DNA from: the human T2T-CHM13v2.0 reference genome, Homo sapiens
DNA length: 64,000 nucleotides
Strand: one strand, 5' to 3'
Assembly: GCF_009914755.1 (NCBI RefSeq)
Contig: NC_060939.1
The position numbers and the translations under genes are program-made. A model generated the notes under the pieces. It was not told the origin of the DNA and ran no database searches. It saw only the letters and a list, made by a program, of their open reading frames with translations. Below, one piece after another: positions 21,767 through 34,940 of the stretch (within the stretch, counting starts at the first letter, position 1; each line of letters begins with the position of its first letter).

Positions 21767-21849
21767 CTGTTTTGGAAAGGAGCACAGCAGAAACCTCAGA
21801 GTTAAGGGCTGTTTTCCCCAATATTATCAACAGTAAATATTATTAATAA

Positions 21850-22460
21850 TAGTTTCCCCAGGCTCACAGGCCAGACATCCAAGCTGGCTGGATGCTGCAG
21901 CCGCTGCCTCTGCACTTTTGGGGACGCTGGGGCAAGAGCAGTTGCCATACAGGCCCCCTCCCCTCACACACACACCCCTATCCCGTCTGCATTACAGACT
22001 GGGCCAGCATGTGATCAGGCTGCTGATGCTTCCCGCTGCCAGTGACATCAGCCGGCTGAGCCGTGCAATAGAGAGCGGCATCATCCCTCACAGAACGGGG
22101 GAGGAGCAGGAGGGGACGACAGGGAGGAGACTTGCCTCCCAGGGAAAGACAGCACAACAGCTACTTGGAATAGTCCCGGTGCAGTGCCGTTAAGTCTGGG
22201 TTGCAAGGCAGCGCCCTCCGGTCTCCAGCAATGGTGGCCAAGCAGCCCTCACGCACGACTGAAGTCCTCTCCGCCGACAGCAGAGCCAAAGCAGCCGACT
22301 GCCTGCTCGTGTGGCTCTGCCCTCCTGCCCCTCCCTTTCCCTCCCCCTGCTCTCCACCCCCAAACCCAAAAACACTCTAGTCCTGGACTCTCTCCAGCTG
22401 CTGGCTCAAGCCCTGGCTTTGCAGCCCAATGCAAAGCTTCACAGTCCTGCTAGCAAAAAT
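21850..22460 (-). promoter_or_regulatory. Putative internal promoter / alternative first exon region of CPEB1
   Basis: Locally GC- and CpG-enriched, repeat-free block directly upstream of the 189-nt exon. CRE-like TGACATCA at 22043-22050 and a candidate donor CT|gtgagc at 21867-21862. Confidence 0.5.
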
Positions 22461-23229
22461 CTGTGCTCCAAGTGGCCCCTGAGCAGCACCCTGACACAGC
22501 AGTGTTTACCACTGAGGAACAAGATAACCTTCAGAAAAATACTGTACACTTGGACCCTGGGGAACAACACCTGGTGTTCCAGGCTTGTCTAGAGCAGCTT
22601 ATCACAGAGAAAGGGGGTAAGCGTTGGCAGAGTGGGGGAGAGTCACTGGGCTGTTCCAGGTACACCTCAAAGGACATGGCCCACAACCCACATGCCAGAG
22701 TGAGACCTGCCCTGACTAGGATAATCCCTGTGCCCAGGTTCCCTCATCCCAACAAGATGGGTATTAGTCATGAACAGATACAGCGGCTCAGCTCCTCCCC
22801 TCCCTCCTGCAACTGTAGGCACAGACTGAGGAAACACTCTCGAAGCAGCATCTGACAAACCAAGAGAAACAGTCTCTGAAGTATCGTTACGCCCTATTAG
22901 AAACACCAAACTCTGAAACCTAATCACCTAGCTCTGTCAATATTGCTTCTCTTGCCCTTCCAGGAGCCCTGAGCATGATACAGGGCAGCCGTGAGGGCCA
23001 CTGATGCCTCTAACATCCAGGCCCTCTCTCAGAGGTGCTGCACAAGACCAATGCTTATTTCTGTGGCCACTCACAGCTCCAGCAACAAAGACTAAGAAAA
23101 TTCAGCTTCTGGAGCTTCCGCCATTTCCTCTTTGCCATCTCCTCCCACATCGGTCCTTTTCCAACATGAGCCCAGGGTCACTGGGCTTCTTCCTCATAAA
23201 GGAGGGTAGGGCAACAGGCCCAGACTCAC

Positions 23230-23286
23230 CAGGCAGGCTGCTCAAACCTGGACTCAGCTGGTAGCACTCCACCTGCTTGTTCTCCC
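23230..23286 (-). CDS. CPEB1: Candidate 57-nt in-frame cassette exon of CPEB1 (GENKQVECYQLSPGLSSLP)
   Basis: tctccttgcaacag|GG...CCTG|gtgagt. Length is divisible by 3 and the exon is open in phase 1, the phase of the host intron. Confidence 0.45.
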
Positions 23287-24956
23287 CTGTTGCAAGGAGA
23301 AGCAAGCAGATACGGGAAGCATGCCCACCTGGGACCTCCCATGGCAGGGTCGAGAGAATAATGCTGCCACAGAAATAGCTGTTCAGAACTTCCTGCAGTA
23401 CACCCTGTGTCCACAGGCACTCAGGCATAGCCTAGAAGGGAAAATTATCAGTCTCCTTCCTTTGGAGATTTTTTTTTTTTTTTAAAGCTTTGCTGCTGTG
23501 TCATCCATCCACGTTATTCCTCCTGGCTGTAGATATTCTGCTTGCTCCCTATCTGTGTTTGTCAAAGCCTTGTTCATCATGGCAAAGGCCTAGCAAAAAT
23601 CACCCATACTGGTGCTGCCCCTACCCCTGACTACTCCCCTCCTGCTTCTCTATGTTCACCCTTCCCTCAAGCTAAGGATATACTTTAGACTTCACCCATA
23701 CATATTAGTTACCAAAACACAATGCTTCCTTCAAAAACATCCATATTTAAGTATCTATTCTCCCCTACACCAAATATCTATATAATCCCCATACCCCAAT
23801 CTGAGGGCATCTATGTCTAGAAGCAGCCATTTTCTACCCATTAAAATCAGGGTGACTGTGCATATGATTACCCCCATCCCTCACGAGGAGAGAATCAACT
23901 ATGCTCTTGCTACTCAAAATACAGTGTGGCAGACCAGCAATATGAGCATCACCAGGAGCTTGTTATAAATACTGAGTCTCAGGCCCCACCCAAGACCGAC
24001 AGAATTGAGATCTGCATTTTAACAAGATCCCCAGTTAATATATATGTATGCAAAAAAAGTTTGAGCAGTCGGGTGTGGTGGCTCATGCCTATAATCCCAG
24101 AACTTTGGGAAGATTGCTTGAGCCCAGGAGTTCAAGGCAGCAGTGAAAGCCATGACTGCACCACTGTACTCCAGCCTGGGCGACAAAGTAGTTCCCATCT
24201 CAAAAGTTTGAACAGTACTGATGTGTACAACTAACACAATCTTCCCACCCCAAGCTGAAAGACCCCAGGCCTGAGCAACAGGTCTGTTAAACCCATTTAA
24301 GACCAAATGGCTACATGCATCCAGGAGCTTGGAGTTCTACACACAGTATAATTCTACCCTCACCCCTACAACCCCCACCACAGACCTCACCTTCCTCCTT
24401 ATCCAGACATTCCTCAATCTGTTGTTTCTTCTAGATAAAGATTTTCACTACCATTGTAGGATTTCTTCACTAGCTCCAACTCAATGCAGGCCATACCTGT
24501 TAAAACCATTAGTGTGGCAGGCTGGAAAAATCAACAGCTTTAGATGACTGACAGACCTTGCTCTGCTCACCAGGTCTGCCACTGTGTCTTTCTGAGAATC
24601 TTTTCTTCTTTAAAGATGCAACAGTAGCCATCTTTTAGGTGTTTTGTGAGGATTAAAGAAAATATTTGAGGCCAGGTGCAGTGGCTCAAGTCTGTAATCC
24701 CAGCACTTTGGGAGGCTGAGGCAGGCAGATCGCTTGAGGTCAGGAGCTCAAGACCAGTCTGGCCAACGTGGTGAAAACCTGTCTCTACTAAAAATACAAA
24801 AAACATTAGCCAGGCACAGTGGCACACGCCTGCAGTCCCAGCTACTTAGGAGGCTGAGGCAGGAGAATTGCTTGAGCCCAGGAAGGGGAGAGGTTGCAGT
24901 GAGCCAAGATCGTGCCACTGCACTCCAGCCTGGGCAACAGAGCTAGACTCGGTCTC

Positions 24957-24990
<34 letters not shown>

Positions 24991-25053
24991 AACCATGTTC
25001 ATGTACTGGAAGACTCAACAGCGCTAAAAAGTGATACCCACAAAATTAATATA

Positions 25054-25416
25054 CAGATGTTCCTCAACTACAGTGGGGTTATGGTCTGATAAACCCATTG
25101 TAAGTTGAAAATATTATAAACGGAAAATGCATTTAAATACATCTAATTTACTGCACATTATAGCTTAGCCTAGCATACCTTAACTGTGCTCAGAAAACTG
25201 ACACTAGCCTACAGTAGGGCAAAATAATTTAACACAAAACTTGTTTTATAATAAAGTGATGAACACCTCATGTAATTTATTGAATACTGTAATGAAAATA
25301 AAAACAGAAAGGTCGTATGGATACTCAAAGTACAATTTCAACTGAATGCGTATCATTTTCACACCATCATCATGTCAAAAACCAAAGTTGAACCAACCTA
25401 AGTCTGGGGCCATCTG
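25054..25416. mobile_element. MER47A-like TcMar-Tigger MITE nested in L1
   Basis: cagatgttcctcaac ... ggggccatctg termini, about 363 bp, matching the remembered consensus. Confidence 0.75.
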
Positions 25417-26910
25417 CACATCTGTGTAATCCCAATATACCAGACTTAAAGCAATTCATTGGGGAAAAACTTTTTAACAAATGGCACTGGAACACCATAT
25501 GGGGAGGAGGGAATAAACTCTGACCTATATACAAACATTAATTTAGTAGATATCAGAGACGTAAAAGTGAAAGCTAAGTATAAACTACAAAGCCTCTCTA
25601 AGAACCTATCTTTGTAACTTGGTAGGGGAGGGGGAGTACATAGAAGCAAGGGTTTCTTTATGTAGAGTACAGAAAGCAATGATCATGGAGAAAGTTGATA
25701 AGCTGACCTTATCACAACGAAAAACTTCTGCTCATCAAGATACCACTAAGAAAATAATTACGCAAGCCACAATATGTGAGAAAATACCCACAACCATATC
25801 TGACAAATCAGTAAAAGAAATCTTAACTGAAAAGTAACGAAATCTCAATTGTTAAAAGGCACAAAATCTGAAAAGCACTTCACAAGGATTATATAAATGG
25901 CCAATAAGAACTTCAAAAAGTGCTCAAAATCATTAGTCAAAGAAATCCAAGTTAAAACCACAGTGAGACACTACTGCACACCTACTAGATGGCTAAAATT
26001 TAAAAGACTGTACCACATCTTGCCAACATTTGATGTTGTCAATCAAAGCTTCATTACCGTAAATGGTACATCCACCTTGTACTTATGAAAACGCTTATAT
26101 ATTTTCTTCCTTTTCAATGGGAGAAAAGGTACATCCACTTTGAAAAATGGTCTGCCCATTTCTTACACAACTAACACATATTATCTTATGACCCAGAAAT
26201 TCTACTCCTAGGAATTCAACTAAGAGGAGTAAAAGTGTATGTCTAATAAAACACCTGTGCAAGAATAGTCATAGCAGCTTTATTCATAATCACCCAAACG
26301 TGGATTCAGTCCATGTGAGAATCAACAGAACAAAATGTAGTACATGCATATACCATACTATTATTCAGCAATAAAAAGGAATAATACAGGCAACAATAAG
26401 ATAATTATGGTGAGTGGAAAAAGCCGTACATAAGTTACATATGTATATAATTCCACTTATTTGAATTTTTAGAGCAGACAAAACTAATAAATGGTGAAAA
26501 AAATCAGGTGGTTGCCTCTGGCAGGAAGTAGGCAGGTAGATTAGGAAGGGGTACAAGGAAAGTAGCTGAGGTGATGCTAACAGTGTGTATATTTTGATGA
26601 GAGTGAGGATACATCAGTCAGAATGGATCTAATGACACATTTAGAATTTGTGCTCTTCACTGCATATAAATTTTACCTCAAAAAAGTTATAAACAAATAT
26701 AGTATTGAATACTAGTTAATGATATGCATGGTGAAGGATTTTGGGGTAAACTGTAGCAATGTCTACAATTTAAAGATATGTGATAAGGCAAATATGACAA
26801 GATGTTCACTGTTCAATCTAGGTGGTATTACAGGTGTTCACTTTGTAATTCTTTTAGCTTTTATGTATGCTTGAAAATGTTACTAAAATGTTGAGAAAAA
26901 AATAAAGTCA
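25417..26910 (+). mobile_element. Old LINE-1 3' portion (L1ME-like)
   Basis: ORF2 C-terminal and 3' UTR-like motifs (gacccagaaattctactcctagg, atagcagctttattcataat). Confidence 0.7.
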
Positions 26911-26946
26911 GACTTTTTCTGAAAAAATGAAAGTCTGACTGAACTA

Positions 26947-27108
<162 letters not shown>

Positions 27109-27431
27109 TCAGCCGGGCATGGTGGGTGCACACTTGTAGTCACAGCTACTTGGGTGGCTGAGGTGGAAGGATCGCTTGAGCCTAGGAGGCAGAGGATGCA
27201 GTGAGCTGAGACCACGCCACTGCACTCCAGCCTGGGTGACAGAGTGAGACCCCGTCTCCAAAAACAGGACTCCATTAAATGAGGCATTATAGTAGAAATT
27301 TTTTTCTGTAAATAAAGTTAAATCTATAGGCCCATGGCTTTGACAAAACATACTTAAAGCAAATGGTAAGATTAAATCATTTTTAAATAGCATGTTGGCA
27401 AAGGTGTGTTTTGTTTTGTTTTTGCAGCTGA

Positions 27432-27617
<186 letters not shown>

Positions 27618-28208
27618 TAAAAAATTTTTTTTTAATTTCCTACAAATGTTGCACAAAAACTATTTTAAGTTTTCTCTATCTTTTAAGTATACTGAATTAA
27701 GGTGTGTCTAAGTGAAGGACAGACATAGTAGTAATCTCAAATCTGTTTTTATTTTTTGAGATGGATTTTTAGAAACAGAATCTTGCTCTGTCAGGCGGGA
27801 ATGCAGTGGCATAAACACAATTCACTGCAGACTAGACTTCCAGGTTTAAGAGATTTTCCTACCTCAGCCTCCCAAGTAGCTGGGACTACAGGTGCATGCC
27901 ACCATACCTGGCTAATTTTTTTGGGAAGTATATTTTTGTAAAGACAGGGTCTTGCTATGTTGCCCAAGCTGTTCTCAGACTCTTGAGCTCAAGTGATCTG
28001 CCTGCCCCAGCCTCACAAAGTGCTGGGATTACAGGTGTGAGCCACTGCATTCAGCCTCATCTGAAAAATATAGCATTGATAAAGCTATATTGGGCCAGGC
28101 ACGGTGGCTCACGCCTGTAATCCCAGCACTTTGGGAGGCCGAGGCAGGTGGATCACGAGGTCAGGAGATCGAGACCATCCTGGCTAACACGGTGAAACCC
28201 CGTCTCTA

Positions 28209-28397
<189 letters not shown>

Positions 28398-29231
28398 CTA
28401 CATTGATAAAGCATTATTGGTATAGTTAGGAAACTGAGTAATTCCATGTCTGGTATGACTAGGTAAAACGTCTTTTCACAAATTAGCTGGTTTTCCGTTC
28501 TTTCTTTTCAACCAATATGAAGGAGGAATGAACGCAACTATCAGCCAGTAGATGACTAAAAATAATAATACATGACTAATTTTTTGCACAGAACTAAATC
28601 AAAGAATTGTATGAACTAGTTCATTCCCCATCTACTTATTTTATGTGAACAAGTTTACTCAGGGCACAAACCTATGGAAACAAAATGTATATATACAGTG
28701 TTGAAAATTCCAAGTTGGTGGGCACAGTGGTTCACACCTGTAATCCCAGCACTTTGGGAAGCCGAGGCAGGTGGATCACTGGAGTTCAGGAGCTCGAGAC
28801 CAGACATGGCGAAACCCCATCTCAACTAAAAAATACAAAAATTAGCCGGGTGTGGTGGCGTGCACCTGTAGTCCCAGCTACTCAGGAGGCTGAGGCAGGA
28901 GAATCACTTGAACCCAAGAGGCGGAGGTTGCAGTGAGCCAAGATCATGCCACTGCACTCCAGCCTGGGCAACAAAGCAAGATTCTGTCTCAAAAAAACAA
29001 ACAAACAAAAAAAACCCCAAGTCATTCCAGCAATAAGTCAGTCATACAAAATTACATGTTTTTTTGTTTTGTTTTGTTTTTTGAGAGAGTCTCACTCTGT
29101 CGTCCTGACTGCAATGGCAAAATCTTGGCTTACTACAACCTCCACGTCCTAGGCTCAGAAAATTCTCCTGCTCCAGCCTCCCGAGTAGCTGGGATTATAC
29201 ACATGCACCACCACGCCCAGCTAATTTTTGA

Positions 29232-29357
<126 letters not shown>

Positions 29358-29864
29358 TAAAATTACATGAGATTTTAAAAGACCTCAATTTATGTCATTA
29401 AAAACTATTTCCAGGCTAGGTGTGGTGGCTCACATCTGTAATCCCAACACTTTAGGGGGCTAAAGCAGGAAGATCACTTGAGCCCAGGAGTTCAAGACTG
29501 CCTGGGCAACACAGGGAGACCCCGTTTCTACAAAAAGTAAGACAAATAGCTGGACATGGTGGTGTTTGTCTGTGGTCCCAGCTACTGAGGAGGTTGAGGC
29601 TACGATGAACCATGATTGCGCCACTGCACTCTGGCTTAGGCGACAGGTACCTTGTCTCAAACAAAAAACAAAACAAGCATTTCCAATAAACAATTATTAA
29701 AGAATAAAACTTTATCAAGATTTATAACATTTAGATTGCCTTAATTGCCCTAACAATCATCATTATCACCTTTGAGACACAGGAAATAATTTAAAATTTC
29801 AGTTTATGTACTTTTGTTGTTACAGAGAAGGATGACATGTGATCAACAAAAGACTCTCAAGCAC

Positions 29865-30190
<326 letters not shown>

Positions 30191-30398
30191 CTCTCAAGCA
30201 CAAAATATTACATTAAGATAAAACTCAGCGGGAGAAGTGGACTACAAATACTAGGAGAAAAGAAATAATGGGCCAGGCGCGGTGGCTCACACCTGTAATC
30301 CCAGCACATTGGGAGGCCAAGGCAGGCGGATAATGAGGTCAAGAGATCGAGACCATCCTGGCCAACATGGTGAAACCCCTTCTCTACTAAAAATACTA

Positions 30399-30548
<150 letters not shown>

Positions 30549-30739
30549 TTAAAAAAAAAAAAAAAGAAGAAGAAGAAAAAAGAAATAATGAAAAGTTTCC
30601 CCCTGTTAAAGAACTGGTTTAAATATTTTAAAATAGATAATAGGTCTCAAATCTCTCTACTATTGTAAATCTACAGTTTCACTTATAATAAAAATGTAGA
30701 TACCAAGTTAAATATGCAAGGGGTACCCTGTACTAAAAA

Positions 30740-31890
30740 TTTTATTGTGGTAAAATATACATGAAATTTACCACTCTAACCATTTTTGAGCATACAATTC
30801 AGAGGCATTAGTACATTCATATTTTTGTGCAAGCATCACTACTCTTCACCTCTAGAGCTTTTTTTACGCTAAGCTAAAATTTTGTACCATTAGACACTAA
30901 TTCCCCACTACCCTCTCCTCCTAGCCCCTGGTTACCATTATTTTACTTTGTCTCTATGAATTTGACTATTGTAGGGACCTTGTAAGTGGAATTATACAAT
31001 ATTTTTCCTTTGTATCAGGCTTATTTTACTTAGCATAATGTCTTCAAGGTTCCTCCATGTTGCAGTACGTCCCCAATTTCTTTTTTTTTTTTCTTTTTTT
31101 GAGACAGGGTCTCCTTCTGTCACCCAGGTTGGGATGCAATGACGCAATAATGGCTCACTACAGCCTCAGCCTCCCAGGATCAAGCAGTCCTCCCACCTCA
31201 GCCTCTAAAGTAGATGGGACCACAGGTGCATGTCACCAGCCTGGCTAAATTTTTAGAGATGGAAGTCTCCCCATGTTGCCCAGGCTGTTGCTGAACCTCT
31301 GGGCTCAAGTGATCCACCCACCTAGGCCTCCCAAAGTGCTGGAATTACAGGCATGAGCCAATGCCTGGCATGCATGCATTCATTCATTCACTGATAGGAT
31401 TTTGCTATGTTGTCCAGGCTGGCCCCAAACTCCTGGGCTCAAATGATCCTTCCTTGCCTCACCCTCTCGAGTAGCTGGGACTACAGGTGTGCACTACTGT
31501 GCTAGGTTTCCTTTTTAAAGCTCCTAATTTTGCATCGTACACAACATTTTGTTCATCCATCCAATTCATCCACTGATGGACACCTGGGTTGTTTCCTGTT
31601 TCTACCTTTTGACTATTGTAAATAGTACTGTTATGAACACTAGCATACAAATATGTGTTCAAGTCCTCGCTTTCAATTCTTTTGTGTGTATACCTAGAAG
31701 GAGAATTGCTGGATCATATGGTAACACTATGTTTAATTTTTTTTGGAAGCACCACACTCTTTTCCCCAGCAGCAGTACCATTTTACATTCCCACCAGCAA
31801 TGCACAAATGTTCTAATTTCTCCATATCCTTGCCGACAATTTACATTTTAATAATGGCCATCCTAACAAGTGTAAACTGGTATCTCATTG
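30740..31890 (-). mobile_element. LINE-1 3' fragment (L1MB-like) with nested Alus
   Basis: tctctatgaatttgactatt, ggagaattgctggatcatatggta and ttttacattcccaccagcaatg motifs. Confidence 0.75.
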
Positions 31891-34327
31891 CGGTGTACAT
31901 TTTTTTTAAAAATTAGGTTGTACCCAAATGTTTGAAGATTGCTGTTGCCTAATTCATGAATCCCCAATGTTTTTAAAAATCTCCCCGACACCAGGTTTTT
32001 GTTGAATTGCTTTTGTTGAATTGCCATCCAAGTGGTCCTAAAGACAATGGCATCTTCTTGCAGCATTCTACCTCACTGGTTACAGTGATGGTCCCATAGG
32101 TAAGTATCTGACTCAAGCTGGGCAAGAATTACCCATTCCCATGACTACAGAGACCAGTCCAGGTATGGGTATGACTTAAGCCAAGCTAGCTGGGTATCTT
32201 TCCTTGAGATTTTTCTAACTGTATATAATGGAAAAAGAACTATTTCCTGATTGTCCATGATGCCAAAGGATGTGAGCATATACCCTTTCTCATAACTGGC
32301 AACTCTGCAAAAGGAGATAATGAAACTCACACTGGGAAATGAGCAGAGGAAAGACAGAAATAGACAAAATTGGAGGCCACAGATTCAGTATCCCTAGCTT
32401 TCCAGTGATTCCTTCCTATTCTATGAGCTTTGTATCAACAGCGTTCCAACATACCCCACATTTTACTAAAGTAAGTTCTAATTTGGTGTTTGATTTTTTA
32501 CAAACGGGAGTGTTCTGCGTAATTCAGGCCCTTTAGCAAGGATAGACCAAACAAGTAACTACTGCATGCAGGATAAAAATCTCTGGGACAAAAGCCCTTA
32601 ATATCCTGGCACCAGCTAAGAAAGTCAGCCACAAAAGAAAGCAGGAAAGAAGCTTAAAGACCACCTTGTCAAATTCCTCGCCATCCCGTCTTTTTTTACT
32701 AGAAAGCACACAAGGCTCAGAGATGGCCATAAGCGACAAAGCTACTAAAAGGCAGAAGATCCAAATCTCGATTTGTTGGTCTCAAATACAGGGACTAACT
32801 GATCCCCTGACCTCTCTCCCACAATGGGACACTTTCTAGACCCAGGTCTACACTCATACATAATAACCCTACTCAGACCTGTTTTATCATTAAGTTAGCA
32901 AAGGATCCCTTTTCTGCACTCAGGTCCCCATACTGTGTACTAAACCTATCCCATCATACTAGGAGTTCTTTTTTTTTTTTTTTTTTTTTTGAGACACAGT
33001 CTCACTCTGTTGCCCCGGCTGGAGTGCAGTGGCGTGATCTGGACTCACCGCAAGCTCCGCCTCCCGGGTTCACGCCATTCTCCTGCCTCAGCCTCCCTGA
33101 GTAGCTCGGACAACAGACACTGGCCACCACGACAGCTAATTTTTTGTATTTTTAGTAGAGATGGGGTTTCATCATGTTAACCAGGATGGTCTTGATCTCC
33201 TGACCTTGTGATCCGCCCGCCTCAGCCTCCCAAAGTGCTGTAGGAGTTTAATTCTTAACACTAACTCCCTCACCCTCCCCACTACTCTCTCCACAATCTG
33301 CTACTTATTCAGCAGAAAGTCAATTTCACATTCGGGTGTTTCTAAGATTTCGCTGCTATGTGCATATATTATTTTCAAAGGCGATAATTTTACTTCTTAC
33401 CCATGGAGAGCAAAAAAGACGACTGCTGATTCAAGGCTAGCATCATCCAATCTACTGCTTATGGTATGGGGGAGTTCTGAAGCACGCCATCCTGAAGACT
33501 CTGGTTCAGAGTCCTTGAATACAACATGCCATCTAGGTTGTAGGTAACAACTAGTTTTAGTAAAACTAGTATAACCAAAACACAATGAAACATTACTTTA
33601 CCTGACACTACACTGTTCAAATTGGGGTCTGCAGAAGTTCCTTAAACAGTACATCAAATTGGAGACCCTTTACAGTGCCAATCACGACTGCATCTACATA
33701 ATATAAAAGCCAGTTATTTAAAACAGGAAGGCAGGGTATTTCCATATAGAGGGTAAATTGGTACAACATTCTGGAGAGCAATCTGACAAAAACATTGAAA
33801 GCTTCAAAAGATTTATTCTTTGATAAAGAAATACTACTTTTAGAAATTTATCCTATGTCCAAATAATCACAGATGCAGGCAAAAGCTTTAACTTCAGGTA
33901 CTTCTTATAAGTGTATAAAATAGGCACCTATTTAAACAAACTCCAAAATACGAAAACTGAATGCCAGAGGTTAACCTTTTTTGTATCATGAACCATTTGG
34001 CAGTCTGCTAAAACCAATAAACCTTCTAAGAAAAATGTTTCAAAACATATAAAATAGTAATAATATTGAAATAGTAAATAAATGTCAAGGTATGTACAAT
34101 GCCTGTAAAGGAATCATTATGAATTGTCTGATCATCCTATTGATACCAAATTATTAGGTCCTGCTAATATTGTGACTTGTTGCCTAAACTTACAGTTAAA
34201 AGAAATGCAGCTGGGCTTGGTGGCTCACACCTGTAATCCCAGCACTTTGGGAGGTCGAGGCAGGTGGATCACAAGGTCAGGAGACAGAAACCATCCTGGC
34301 TAACAATGTGAAACCCAGTCTCTATTA

Positions 34328-34522
<195 letters not shown>

Positions 34523-34610
34523 TCAGTTAAACATCACTGAACGTGAAGATACAAGTTTTTACCTGTCTAAATTATTGGACCCCCTGAATTCTATCCATGT
34601 ACCCAGGTTA

Positions 34611-34940
<330 letters not shown>

